DNA from: Octopus sinensis
Lineage: Eukaryota
Assembly: GCF_006345805.1 (NCBI RefSeq)
Contig: NC_043008.1
Coordinates: forward strand, 45,756,001-45,820,000
DNA length: 64,000 nt
Reading direction: 5' to 3'
The translations under genes were made by a program, and so were the position numbers. A model generated the notes under the pieces. The model ran no database searches, was not told the origin of the DNA, and worked only from the letters and a program-made list of their open reading frames with translations. This document shows, one piece after another, positions 23,264 through 36,747 of this stretch (position 1 is the first letter of the stretch; each line of letters opens with the position of its first letter).

Positions 23264-24753
23264 GAGTAAGACACCTCTCTCTCTCTGACAAACACACACA
23301 CACTAAAAAAGATGCGAGAAAAAGTAAATAAAATTTACGCTTTCTCTATCTCTCTGTCTCACACACAAACACAGCCATAACTTTCTCTCTCTCTCCCCCT
23401 CTCTCTCTCTCCCTCTCTCTCTCTCTCCCCTCTGTCTATCAATCACTCACACATTTAAAAGGTTGTGAGAAAAAACAAGCAAAATAAAATAGTCACACAT
23501 ACATACACACAGCAACACACATCTCTTTCTCTTTTTCTTACTCTCCCTCTCTCTCTCTTTCTTTCTCTCTCTCTCACATACACACAACACACTTTCTGTC
23601 TCGCACCCCTCATCAACACATACACACGTCCCTGTCAATTTTCTCTCATTCACTTTATGCTGACATCAAACGAAATGTACATTTCCAGCCACAGAAATAA
23701 TAATAATAAAATAATTACGGAATTTATCGCACGCCGTATGATAAACAGCTCATCTCAGTTTGTGAATGTTGTAGAATGTTTCTCCGAGAATGAGGCGATA
23801 GAGACACACCTCCTTTGTCCACAATAGTCTCTATAGATCTTTCCGACCTTCTGAATCTAGATTCCCCATTGTTCCATATCACTCCATAAGTGACAAATCT
23901 AAGCAGTGTAGAACCTTTTATGGAACACAAGTGATATATTTGCAAAGCAGGAACGAAATCGGTTGAGAAATATTGATTTTATTTGGGATGAAGCAAATAG
24001 TCACTCACACACACATCTTTTGATTTATATATTATAGATATCGGATCATTAGTAATATATTTAAAAGAAGAGGTGTTTCTCAGCATGTCCTGTTACGCAT
24101 GCCCAGTGATACACATTAACCGGTTATAGCATTTTCCAGACCGGAGTACATGTTTATGCGGATCAATCTTACGATCTATTCACACGATTTGATTTGTTTT
24201 TGTGATATAAGATACCTAAAATTATTGGCAAGAATGCCAAAATGGCATATTTATTGCCAACTGCTTACTCTGCTTCATTGATTCTAATAATATTTTGTTT
24301 TGCTAAATATGAAGAATATTTCCCAACGACAAATTAAAACAAAAACAGTTTTCTTGGGTAAAATCAATGTGTAGATTACGAAAAACGCAATGGAAAATTA
24401 AGGCAAACTGTGTCAGAGATATTGGCATTTTATGATGGTTACGAACGAAGGTAAAACTAGTGCACACCACCTAACCCCCAAACTAACCCTAAAACTAATC
24501 CTAACCAGTGTGCACACTCTTTACCTTAGCCCAACGTTCTACGTTAAAATAAACGTGCATATTACAAGAAAAAGTTACAAAAAAACCCACATTTTTAAGA
24601 GGCTCCGGATAGAGTTTGCTGTTCTCTGTAAGAAAGCGATTGAGACGTTCAGCATGATTCGGAATAGACTTAATGAAATGATACCTCGCTCCACATACCT
24701 GCTTGCGGTACTTACCGAGCCATTCAACAGATACATGTAAACTTAAATGGAGG

Positions 24754-25002
24754 CTAATGCAGAATCGAACGTCTCCTTGAAAAATGCATTTAAAAAAAAA
24801 TTTAATTCGGACTCCTACGTTTTGGATGTCGGGAATTACGACTATGTAAAAAAAAAAAAAAAAAAAAACAACACCTTTTCAAATTTCACACCAATTTTAA
24901 ATTTTGAACTTTTTCATCCATTTATTTATCTACCTAGCCGTTAAATTTATATCTATCTATCTGTCTATATCTATGTCTGTCTGTGTTCCCATTCGTCCGT
25001 TC

Positions 25003-25040
<38 letters not shown>

Positions 25041-25458
25041 ATCTCTTTATACAGATATCTCAATGCTTTTTGAGTTTAAAGTTTTGTAAACGTGGTTTCT
25101 TGCATATTCGGAATCTCCGTCATCGTAAACGTAGGAACCCGCTGAAAAAAAAATCAGAAAGATGTGTTTTTGTGTGTGTATGTGTGTTTGTGTTGTACAC
25201 CAGGTCCGCTGGAGAGGTGGAGTGAAATCTGCAAAAATTTTTAATTTGGTGTAAGGTGAAGATTTTAAATATGGAAAATGTGGTTTAAAAAAATTTGAAA
25301 AAAGTTCTAAATTTTAAATTGGGGTGTGGGTGAAATTTGAAATTTTGAAAAGGTGGTTCGCTTTTGTACATTCGGAATCTCTGACATCTAAAATTTAGGA
25401 ATCCGAAAAATGCTTTTCAAAAAATGCATTTTTCAAGGAAAGGTGCGATCTGTATTAG
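24754..25458. mobile_element. Putative non-autonomous element with diverged inverted arms of about 150 bp
   Basis: ctaatgcagaatcgaacgtctccttgaaaaatgcattt (24754) is mirrored by aaatgcatttttcaaggaaaggtgcgatctgtattag (ending 25458), and further arm segments also pair. Confidence 0.55.
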
Positions 25459-25769
25459 GTCCAATTTTTCGATAACACAACGGTTTTTTTTTTAATGTTG
25501 AAAATGATTTGATATTATTTTTATCCACGAAACATTGGGTTGTTATTTTTCACAAGGGTTTTTGTGGTTTTTTCGCGATATGTGTTCTAGCCATTTACAC
25601 CAACGTACAACCCTGTTTCTTTCCGCTAGCCTTGCTTCTTTGCCCCATTATTAGATTATTTTCTTTAATCATAGCGCTGTGATCGCTTATAAGCTTTAAG
25701 CTTATAAAATACTATTATTATTTACAGAATTGTAAAAATCCACGCTGCTTAATGAAACCAATCGTACTA

Positions 25770-25820
<51 letters not shown>

Positions 25821-25925
25821 ATATATATATATATATATATATACATACATACACACTCTGATACATTGATACTTTGATAGGTTTCGGCTAGTATTCCTTT
25901 ATCTCCTCTATTTCATCACTGCCGA

Positions 25926-26432
25926 TCACCATTCGACCTGTTGGTATGTTGTCGGACCGCGGTTCATCTCGAGACCTACTGCAGAGCTTTTGATGTCGAG
26001 CTCCGTCGGCATGGTCTGAAGCTGATCCGTGGTTTCAGCGATGAGTACGATGTCATCAGCGAAACGTAGGTTGGTGAGTAGCTCGCCATTGATGTTGACA
26101 CCGCGTTGCCAGCCAATGCCTCTGATGATCTGCTCGAGACATGCGGTGAAAAGTTTTGGAGAGATCTCATCTCCTTGCTTCACTCCCTTCTTGCCCGGTA
26201 CTCGTACGGGTGATGACAGCAGAGCTATGTCGGTGGCGCATCCGGAATTTGCCTCCCTGAGCAGCTGCACATATTGCGCCCCGACTCCTTGCCTCTGCTG
26301 AGAGTTGAGCACTGCATTGGTTTCGACGCTGTCGAAGGCCTTCTCATAGTCTACAAACGCAACGCAAAGAGGCAGCTTGTACTCATTCGCTCGCTCGAGC
26401 AGTTGTGTTAGAGTAAATATATGGTCGGGCAA
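25926..26432 (-). mobile_element. RTE-clade LINE, RT core fragment
   Basis: It contains DHIFTLTQLLERANEYKLPLCVAFVDYEKAFDSV, GVKQGDEISPKLF and LRFADDIVL, and stays open over 168 codons. Confidence 0.93.
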
Positions 26433-26570
26433 ATCGACCCCAGAACATTCTTTGTAAGCCTAGTACTTATTCTATCGTTCTCTTTTGCCGAATTGCTCAG
26501 TTACGGGAACGTAAACACACCAGCATCGGTTGTCAAGCGATGTTGGGGTGGGGGACAAACACAAATACAC
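26428..26570 (+). mobile_element. SINE 3' segment
   Basis: Homologous to 33735-33910, 45480-45690 and, on minus, 56870-57050 (tttgtaagcc.agtacttattctatcg...ggttgtcaagc.atg). Confidence 0.75.
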
Positions 26571-28141
26571 AAACATATACACACACGTATACACATACAT
26601 ATACATACATACTCATACATATATACACATACATACACATACGTACACATACATCCATACACACATACACACACATCTATGCACCCGCACATCCACACAC
26701 ATACATGCATACACACACATACATGCACACACACATACATACATGCACACACACATACACATACATACATGCACATACGCACATACACCTACATCCATGC
26801 ACACACACACACACATACATATATATAGAAGGAAATGTGGGGATATGCATTCTTTGAACGTCTCTACTATAAGATCTCAAATGTAAGATCTCTTGTCTGA
26901 AGACGGAGGCTGGTCTCATCCTATTTTAAATGCATCCATGCGAATTTCTCTGATGGAATTCATCTACAAATATTATTATTGATCGTCGAGTCCCCAGAAA
27001 CAGCTGTGGTATTTCTAATACCTTTCTTCCACGGCCTTAATTTTCTATATCATTTGTACTCTGTGTAAGTTTGACCTTATATATATATATATATATTATA
27101 TATTGTGTTTCATGTATCTAATATACTTTAAATATTGGACTGTCTAATGTGTTTATCCTCACATTTGCTTATATCTATCTATCCATATAGGTAATCCCAT
27201 TAACTCATAAATTTACACTAACTCATAACCCCTATCTTGTTTCTCACATATGCAACAATCTGATTATATTCGTTTACATATATACACGCACACACCCATG
27301 CGCGCGTATACACGTACGAGTGAGGGTATGCATATATGCATGCATCTGTGTATATGTAAATATTTGTACAAATGCAAAATATAGATAACTGCATATGTAG
27401 GAACGATGATATACGAGGACTGTATTTGTAACTTATCTCTGTAACTTAACTGATATATAAATGTATATATAGAGTGGTTGTAAACTGTCAACTTCACGTG
27501 AGAGTAAGGGAATTACACCACCGCTGTTTAGCCCTAGGAAGCATCGACGCTTCCTGTCGGCCTTGACACATTTCCTGTGTCCTTATATAAATGTTTTCTC
27601 AGAATAATTAACACTACTATTTCCTTAAATCTTCATATATTTGCCTCACAATTAAAAGCTACAACTACACTTAGTGCTTCCTCTACCTCTTAACCCCACC
27701 ATTCCTCTATCATTTATACTATAATACCTTTCTCTCTCTATCCCCACTCCTATTTAAAACTATCTCCACTGACCAACCTATATCTTAATTTTTCTCTTTT
27801 CTTTTCCTTATTCCTTTCATTCATACCTTCAGGGGTTTTATTTCTTATTTTGTTTTTACTAATATTCTTTCTTTTTTCTCTTTAATTCTTTCTTTCTCTC
27901 CTTCTTTTTCCCTCTCCCTTGTTTTTTTTTTTGTCATTCTTCTCTTCCTGTTTTCAAGTTGACCATACACTCCCTATTTCTAGGTCAGTTTAAACACAAA
28001 CCTTGAATCTGCTACACTCTATATAAATTCCCTGCTGGGAATGACCAACTTTAAGAGAATCTTACATTGCTTATAAACTCTACATCTGGATGGACTAATG
28101 TTAAACTCTGTTGGACTTTTGGATTTTACTCAAAGGATATT

Positions 28142-28372
28142 GGAATATTACACATATACACTATGATACCCATGAAACGAATTTATGAATTCAATACCCA
28201 TACATATCTTACATCTATTTTCTTTCCTCCACTTCACTCTCTATTTTGTATCACAGCAAAACTAACTAAATAGAGAGTGAAGTGGAGGAAAGAAAATAGA
28301 TGTAAGATATGTATGGGTATTGAATTCATAAATTCGTTTCATGGGTATCATAGTGTATATGTGTAATATTCC
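28142..28372. repeat. Perfect inverted repeat with 105-bp arms and a 21-bp loop
   Basis: 28142-28246 is the exact reverse complement of 28268-28372. Confidence 0.97.
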
Positions 28373-29242
28373 GGTATAGTAACGATACTGCCATCTCACA
28401 ATCTGTTAAATTTTTTTTTAAAACTTTGGCAGAGAATCGGGGTTGGTTGATACCGTGCTTGCTGGCTCATGGCTTGGAATTTCTTTTATCGATCCTAGAG
28501 AGATGAACTTGGTAGGATTTGAACTCAGAACGTAAATAAGCCAATAAACACCACAAACCATTGTTTCCGACTCTATAACTATTCCACTATGTTGCTGCTT
28601 TATAGTACCAAGACTAATAAAATGTTCAATAGAAAGCGGTCATTAAAGTGGATGTTGTAGTCCGATGCAAAGAGTAATTTGGATCTTAGAATGCAGTGAT
28701 TGTCGCAAGGTAACGTTTCGAAATCCGTAGTTGATGGCTTAATGTTAAATTATCGTGTAATTTTAAACAGCAATTTTCATTCCGTACAATCTCTAATCTC
28801 ATGTTATGTTTTGTGACGATAATTTGTTCTTTTAATAAATCATTTAAAAAAAACTTCCTTCAAATATTTTCCAGGGTTATGCGTCCGAACAAACAACAAC
28901 ATCTATTAATCATTCGGCGAGGTGGCAGTCTCGTTAGCGCGTCAGACAAAACGCTTAGCGGCATTTCATCCGAGTTCAAATGCCGACGACTATCTTTCAT
29001 TCTTTCATGCGCGATAACGTAAATACCAGCCGTGTACTGGGGTCAATACATTCAACTTCTGCGCACTCTCCTCAATATTGCTGGTCTTGTTCCAAAGCTA
29101 TTAATCTTATTATTATTATTAGTTGTAGTAGTATTACACACTTTTATGTGTACTAATTCGCAAAATGCAATAACGTCTATTTCTTCATTTAAATTATTGC
29201 ATAATTTTCATTTTTACGTGTATGTCTTTTTTTTTTTTTTAG

Positions 29243-29357
29243 ATATCTTGACCAGAGACTAGGATGGTCCCCTGGACCCGGGATGGACACGCATCCGGAT
29301 GTCATGGCATTGTCTATAGTGCTGATAGCAACATTTGTAACAATGATCGGAGCAAAG
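29243..29357 (+). CDS. Exon of a cationic amino-acid transporter (SLC7A/CAT family)
   Basis: The acceptor is poly-T plus AG and the donor is AAG|gtaaac. It reads YLDQRLGWSPGPGMDTHPDVMALSIVLIATFVTMIGAK (compare CAT YPDFFA...LLSFGVK) and ends in phase 0. Confidence 0.85.
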
Positions 29358-32300
29358 GTAAACTGGGTATATTTCATATCTTTTGCATATATCGGTTAAT
29401 TTTAATTTGCACCGACCAAATAGGGTTTAGTTCATTATATCCTCCACCACCCTCAGAAACTCCTTAGTCGTAGTTATTTAAATTTTAGATAGTACCATCT
29501 GGCCATGAAATTGTATTAATATTATCTGATTTTAGCAATGTGTGTATCGTCCATGAAACTTGCTAGATTTCGTGACTGAAATAGTACAAACGATAAATCA
29601 AATTATGGCACATCAGCGAGTGTTTTGCTGTTTTGCACACTTGCAGAATAATAGGTTCACATTACGCCGACATTTATTTTTGCGGTCTCAAACTAAATCA
29701 ATGCCTCTTAATGGCTTCTTTAGTGTGTCAGTTGTCATGTTATATTAGCAATTATTCGTCAACATAATTGTTTCGATCATCAAATAGTAAATTATTAAAG
29801 CTGTGTCCACCACAATGTTTAAATGTGTTTGATATGTAATATGTTCAATTTTGAATTAGTTATGTATCTGTCTTTGTTCATGGCAGCAAAGAATAGAGCA
29901 ACGAAAATAAAAGCAACAGTTCACGAAACAGCTTTCAAAAATATCCACATCTCTAGTACTGTGATTAATTATGCCAATATACATTTGTGGGAAAGTCGCC
30001 CTTTAATTCGACACATCTAACGTTAGAGACAAACATATATTGATACATAGGCAAGTTATAGAATCGCATATTTTTGCAATTCATCAAAATCGAAAAGTAT
30101 GGTAATATAAGTATTGTATTATCAATTATAAGTTACTGCGTGCAATATCAGAGTGCTCATTGAGGTACATGGGAAAAACTGCTTCACATTTTCCGGTTTA
30201 AACTATTCCACTTTAGTAGCTGTAGGATTGCAATCAAGGAAAGTGTTAATGCCAAACTGTTTGCATCCCTATAAACCTGTTTGAAACTAATAAAGATATC
30301 AATACAAAGCACTATAACATTACACAACAAATCCAATATTAAATTATGCAAAATATCAGAAACTTAGGACAATTGATTAAATTGGTAGCTTTACTCTATT
30401 TCTCTGTTCATACGACATCGGTTGGTGTTGCTGTTTAAATATTAAGGCAAGCCATTTGTGAACATCTCTTAGGACTAACCTTTCTACTATGTAGTTCTCT
30501 TTTAGTTTGGCCGGTTGTGATTTGAGGGCCATCTAGCTGTTATTTCTAAATGACTCACATAGCTTAAACGACAATTGCAGTCTTGTAACATAAGGTTAAC
30601 CAGGTGGAACCTCCATTTTCCAACAGGCGTTTATGAACATTCGAGTACACTTCTACTGTCTGTAATGGCAATTATAAATGATGGAGCGACGTTGCTAATT
30701 GTGAAGATCAGATGTCACGTTCAGTATTTAGATGAGTTGAGAATTTTAGATCCAAGTCGTAGTAACACTTAAGTGCACAGATCAGATGTCGAATTCAATA
30801 TTTATATTGTTTAGATAAGCGGAGCATTTTAGATGGAAGTTTGGTCACATCAATCCTAATATTAATAATGAATTATAATCTGCAAAATATAGCATCGAAT
30901 TCGCCATCAAATTATGCACCCTACTGTCATAACAAATGAGAATATTAGACGATTTGATTTTCCTTAAGCAGTACTTGCATGTGCCACAGTTTGAAACACA
31001 CTAAACATTTCCATCTTTCAACAATTTTCAAGTTAAAATGTTTGAAAGAAGAAGAGAAAACAACACTGATAAGTCCATCTAGAATTTTGTCTAATTATAA
31101 TTTTGTTTGATTTGAGTGTTTTGGAGGTGGGGGATAACTAATAAAAATAACAACTTCATGTAATTCGCGTAATGTTTTCATAATCATTTTAATCGTCTGA
31201 TGGTCAGCATAACAGCAGGATGGATATATCAGGAAATGTTGGTGGGACGTAGGCAGAATGCTCGCTAACAGTAGCATCCTTTGTATCTATTGAAGAAAGA
31301 TCAATAACCATGACCTGATTACACAGCCAAATCATTTTACAAAGGAAAACCCCATCGACGATGTAGTCATGTCCACTCAAAAGAGGTGAACCGATATACA
31401 ATGTCATCAATGCATACGAAAACCCAAGGATTTACAGCTTCGCACGTGCATTTATTTTCACATGTTAAGGAATAATGGTGGTAAGAATATCAAGAAAACT
31501 AAACAACAGAAGGTCTTCAGAGAAGAAACCCCACTCAGGCAAGATTTTACACTCAAAGGGGGAAGCGTCGCATCGAGTTCATAACTCCCCCGTTCCTTTT
31601 TGCTGACACTTTTTAGCCACTTGGATATTAGAGACTTGTACATTTAGACAGTCGGAAATTTAATTCCGACGTTAAGCATGGCGGTGGGGTTGCGAAGTTG
31701 TGAACTGTATAACAAGTAAAAATCGGCTAAAAGTGATACCGGAAGCTACTGGATAAACAGTATTGGTATTTGAAATGCCCAGCATAGCAACACAGTGACA
31801 TTGATTCGAGTTATAACAGTGTTCATCTCTTTGCGCGTGCATTCAACGAGTAACTCTGTTAAACAAGCTTCAAAGACGTTCAAATGGTAGTCTCTGATGA
31901 AATCTCAACTCTTTTCCTTTCCTGGAAAATACTATATATAAAAGCAGGTTTAAACGTTAACTAAAAGTCTACCAGTATATATCTTGTAATTAAATATAAC
32001 AATTGTATTCATCATTACAATTATCTTGCATATTTTTCATTTAAATATTTATGATCAGCTGCTTTCATTCAGTAACCATATCACACCTACTCGAAAAAAA
32101 AAAAGGAAAGAAAAAAGAAATATTTCATTTACAAAATCTATGAGTTGAAGATGGGAAAAATTTCTATAATAAGGATCTTTTTTCTATTTCAGCATTCCTA
32201 TAAACTATAAATAAATGGGAATTTTCTTTTAATATAATTCAATCTGCGAACAAGCGACTAGTTATCTCTTAGGAGTAATTCTTTTCCCCCTCCCAAATTC

Positions 32301-32576
32301 TTATTCTAAATATTTAAAAACATGAAGAAACAGGATTGCAAAATGAAAGAATATTTATGTTACAATAGTGTTTTTTTAATTTATTTCACGTACCTCTTTA
32401 GTATTTAGAAAACAGTTTTATCTGGTTTACACAGCGTGAAGAAATACGCTGTACTTTAATTTATAGTTCACATGTTCGCAAATTAAAAATATCTCTATCG
32501 TTCCTAACATAAATTATATTTTATAATTAATTGCAAATATATACGCTGGCTTTTCAGCTTTATACACACACACACG

Positions 32577-32622
<46 letters not shown>

Positions 32623-32708
32623 ATAATATTAGGGAGTATAACTCCAAACTTACAGGGAAAAATCCAATTTAGGAGTATTAAATCAAATTTCACAATATAA
32701 ATATATAA

Positions 32709-33108
32709 TACTAGCAGTATCGCCCGGCGTTGCTCGGAATTTGTAAGGGAAATAACTATATAAGCATTTTTAGAGAGTTATAGCCCAAAAATACCAAAAA
32801 ATGCATTAAAAATGGGAAAAAAATGTTGGTAAATTTTTTTTTAAATCGTTCACTCATCGTAGATATTTTTAGAGAGTTACTTCCCTTATATAATAGCGAA
32901 AAAATGCATTAAAATTGAAAAAATGATGGTAAATTTTTTTTTAAATCGTAGACTCATCGTAGACGCGCGCTAATACCAAGAAGGGCTCGATATGAATGAC
33001 GACTATAAGATACCCGGTTTTGGTTAAAACTCACCGCAAAATGTGGGAGTAGTTAGGAATCTAAATCGTAGGAGACAGACACACAACTTGACTTTTATAT
33101 ATAAAGAT
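32709..33108 (+). mobile_element. Non-autonomous Helitron/Helentron-like element, copy 1
   Basis: It starts tactagcagtatcgcccggcgttgctcgg, ends ttttatatataaagat and has an internal tandem duplication of about 110 bp. Class assignment is inferred from the termini. Confidence 0.6.
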
Positions 33109-33240
33109 TATATATATAATTAATATAAACAGCAGTTTGCAGTCTTTCAGGGAAAGGGAGAATTATAATTGTCAGTAAATGTTACTGGGGTGTTAGGAAA
33201 CGATTACACCACTAGAAATAATAGCTAAAATGCTTTGGAA

Positions 33241-33596
33241 GCACTCCGTCGGTTACGACGATGAGGGTTCCGGTTGATCCGAAATTAACGTGTAAGTGGC
33301 TGAGCACTCCACAGATACGTGTACCCTTAACGCAGTTCTCGGGGATATTCAGCGTGACACAGAGAGTGACAAGGCCGGTCCCTTGAAATACAGGTACAAC
33401 AGAAACAGGAAGTAAGAGTGAGACAAAGTTGTGGTGAAAGAGTACAGCAGGGATCACCACCATCCCCTGCCGGAGCCTCGTGGAGCTTTTAGGTGTTTTC
33501 GCTCAACAAACACTCACAACGCCCGTCTGGGAATCGAAACCGCAATCCTATGACCGCGAGTCCGCTGCCCAAACAACTGGGCCATTGCGCCTCCAC
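33241..33596 (-). mobile_element. tRNA-derived SINE with the same head as 7315
   Basis: The reverse complement begins gtggaggcgcaatggcccagttgtttgggcagcggactcgcggtc. Confidence 0.85.
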
Positions 33597-33948
33597 TAAA
33601 ATGCTTTAATGCTGTAGTCAACGCACATGAATGTGTGTGTGTGTATGTGTGTGTGTGTGTATGTGTGTGTGTGTGTGTGTTTGTGTGTGTATGTATCTAT
33701 TACTCTCTTTTACGCTTTTACTTGTTTTAGTAATTTGACTGCGGCCATGCTGGAGCACCGCCTTTAGTCGAGCAACTCGACTCCGGGACTTATTCTTTGT
33801 AAGCCCAGTACTTATTCTATCGGTCTGTTTTGCCGAACCGCTAAGTGACGGGGACGTAAACACACCAACATCGGTTGTCAAGCAATGCTAGAGAGACAAA
33901 CAGAGACACATAAACATATACACACACATACATATACATATACATACA

Positions 33949-34464
33949 TACTAGCAGTATCGCCCGGCGTTGCTCGGGTTTGTAAGGGAAATAACTATAT
34001 AAGCATTTTTAGAGAGTTACTTCCCTTTTAGATACCAATTCGAGCTTTCTTAGCCATTTCTGTTTTGGTGTCTTCAAGCCATGAAGTTGTTGTTCTAAAA
34101 GAACGCTGGTCTCCTTGACAACGCTTTACGACGTTGATTTCCTTACACTCCCTTCCCCACAGCTTCACGAGGGAGGGAAGAAAGGGGAGAAGCAAACAGG
34201 TGCAGGTGTGACCATGAACGCCAACTCCGCCGCCATCGACACACGAAAAATTATGCATTAAAATGGAATAAAAAATGATGTTAAATTATTTTTAAAATCG
34301 TAGACTCATCGTAGACGCGCGCTAATACTCAGACGGGCTCGATATGAATCACGACTATAAGATACCCGAGTTTGGTTAAACTGCACCGCAAAATGTGGGA
34401 GTAGTTAGGAATCTAAATCGAAGGGGACAGACACTCACACAACTACAGTTTTATATATATAGAT
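33949..34464 (+). mobile_element. Non-autonomous Helitron/Helentron-like element, copy 2
   Basis: It has the same termini as 32709-33108 plus an extra internal segment of about 215 bp (34029-34245). Confidence 0.6.
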
Positions 34465-34796
34465 ATACATTTGAGAAAAACCACTATTATGTAATTCAAA
34501 CAATGATAGACATAAACCAAATGATAAATAAAAAAATTTAAAACATATAACTAGATTACAAAAAGTATAAAAATGAATAATCAATATATAATAAGTATTA
34601 TTATATATTTTATTTTTTATTTATCACTTGGTTTATGTCTATCATTGTTTGAATTACATAATAGTGGTTTTTCTCTAATTTATATATATATATATATATA
34701 TATAATGTATATATGTTTATACATGCATACACACACCATTATATTCACATTGGAATGTACTATATGTGTATTTGTGTGTGCATATATATATATTTA

Positions 34797-35205
34797 CGAG
34801 GGGTAAACATTATCTGAAGAACAAGCTCATTGTGGTTCGGGACTCGGTCCCGAGTCGCCAATTTATGCAACTCTCTGACATCAGTCTGTCGAAAGGTATT
34901 ATTTGGTTGGGGGGTCGTACTGCCAAGTGCTGCGTCTTTCTTTTGCAGCGCTTCTCCCCTTTTCGTCGATTTTTGCGATGGCTGAAACGAAGGAACAGCT
35001 AGCTTTGTTGAAGTTCTGTTTTCTACTGGGAAAAACGGCGGCCGAAACAGTTGTTATGCTTCAAACAGCTGAGAAGGACACTGCTATACGCAAAACACAT
35101 GTTTGCGAGTAGTTTCCACGCTTTAGGAATGGTCACTTGTCACTCGAAATCCAATCTCCTTCTGGCCGACCATCGACATCCCGAACGAAAGAAAATATAG
35201 AAAAT
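34797..35205 (+). mobile_element. Mariner 5' fragment (TIR and transposase N-terminus)
   Basis: It starts TA-cgagggg and reads MAETKEQLALLKFCFLLGKTAAETVVMLQTA...*FPRFRNG...SGRPSTSRTKENIE. Confidence 0.8.
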
Positions 35206-35322
35206 ATGGTACCATAAATCCCACCATTCATAATTAACATGTACAATTGCAATAAAAAGATGCTCCCGTCTATCAATATTTGCATATTATAAGCTTCTAA
35301 ATATGTTTTTCTCTTCTTGCAG

Positions 35323-35460
35323 GTTACATCTGTTGTCAGCTGTGTCTGTAGTCTGCTCAATGTAGTTGTGGTGGCCTGCATTATTTGCGTTGGATTTTTT
35401 CACGTTAATAGTCAGAATTGGACTGCGCATCCTGGATTCTTCCCTGAAGGAATAACTGGG
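35323..35460 (+). CDS. Exon of the SLC7A/CAT-family transporter
   Basis: The acceptor is ctcttcttgcag| and the donor is GGG|gtgagt. It has 46 codons in phase 0/0: VTSVVSCVCSLLNVVVVACIICVGFFHVNSQNWTAHPGFFPEGITG (compare ...NW...GGFMPYGFTG). Confidence 0.9.
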
Positions 35461-36280
35461 GTGAGTGATCATCATGCATTTATACATTTAAGCGCTTTGG
35501 ATTGTCCGATTTGGCAAAGTGCTAGCAAAATGCTTACGTTGCTTTGTTCAACTATCTTGGCTATGAGATACTGTAGTCTAATGGAAATATATTTCTGATG
35601 GAAATGCATCGCTCTATATTGATGAGAGCAGTGTGATAAACTGAGGGATGAGCTTGCAGTAAGCGGCATTGAGCCACCTAAACTCTTATAGCATTTTAGT
35701 GACTTGCAATGGGTAACAATTGCAAATGCAATAAATTCATTATTTACCCTATTTTCTACTTTATATTTCTTTCCAAAATTTATTGTGTCTGAAAGATTCA
35801 GAATTTGAATACATACCGGAATATAAATAACTTCCAGATTCTTTTGAGTGGGTTGGTCTATTTACTTCTGCTTTTAAATGAAGATTCTTGAACATAAAAT
35901 CCTGCAATGGGGGAAAGACAAATTCATCATTTCTCCTCCGAAGTTTCGACAATTTTCGGACCAAACTGATTTCAGTCAGACGAAATATCTTCGTGCATTG
36001 AGTTTTGATTCTGTCTGTATAAAAGGAGCGTCTGTTTGGGATTAATTTCTATCTGCACTAGTATGGAAGGTGTCTAGTACTAAGGATATTGCACTCACGA
36101 TCGTGAGATCGCAGTTTCAATTCCTGGACCGGGTGTTGCGTTCTGTTCGTTTCATCAACTTCGATTCGATGAACAAAGTAAACACATACAATTGATCACT
36201 ATAACCGAATCATTTACGAAGGTCGTTTGGCAAATGGTGAACGCTCGTCCGCCATCTTCGACGATAAAGTCCATTATATG

Positions 36281-36325
<45 letters not shown>

Positions 36326-36747
36326 TAGCATTAAAGACCCGTCGTTGCCGGGTCATAGTGCTAGTGCACGTATATATGTGTATATATATGTGTACATATT
36401 ACATGTACATCTATATATATATACATCTACACATAAAATGCAAAATACAAAATTATATATTGATATCACTAGTGATAACAATACTCAAAATATATAACAG
36501 ACTGGAATTGATTTTTTATTACCCACAAGGGGCGAACATAGAGGGGACAATACAACATGATATGGGGTCAGATTTGCGGATGGGATTACAAAAATGATGA
36601 GCTTTTAAAAATATACCAAAAATATCAAAAAGTCGAATGAAAGAACAGACCAAAAGACATTACGGATGGAGTGAGGGCGGGTTTAGCTCGCACCCTACGA
36701 ATCCCCCCCCTCACCAGTGATACTTTGGTTTTCGTCCTGGTTTACAT

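Noticed and set aside
28029-28080. Degenerate hammerhead-like string ctgctgg...aatg/catt...taaac before the 105-bp hairpin
   Set aside because: It has three core mismatches and no convincing stem I or III.
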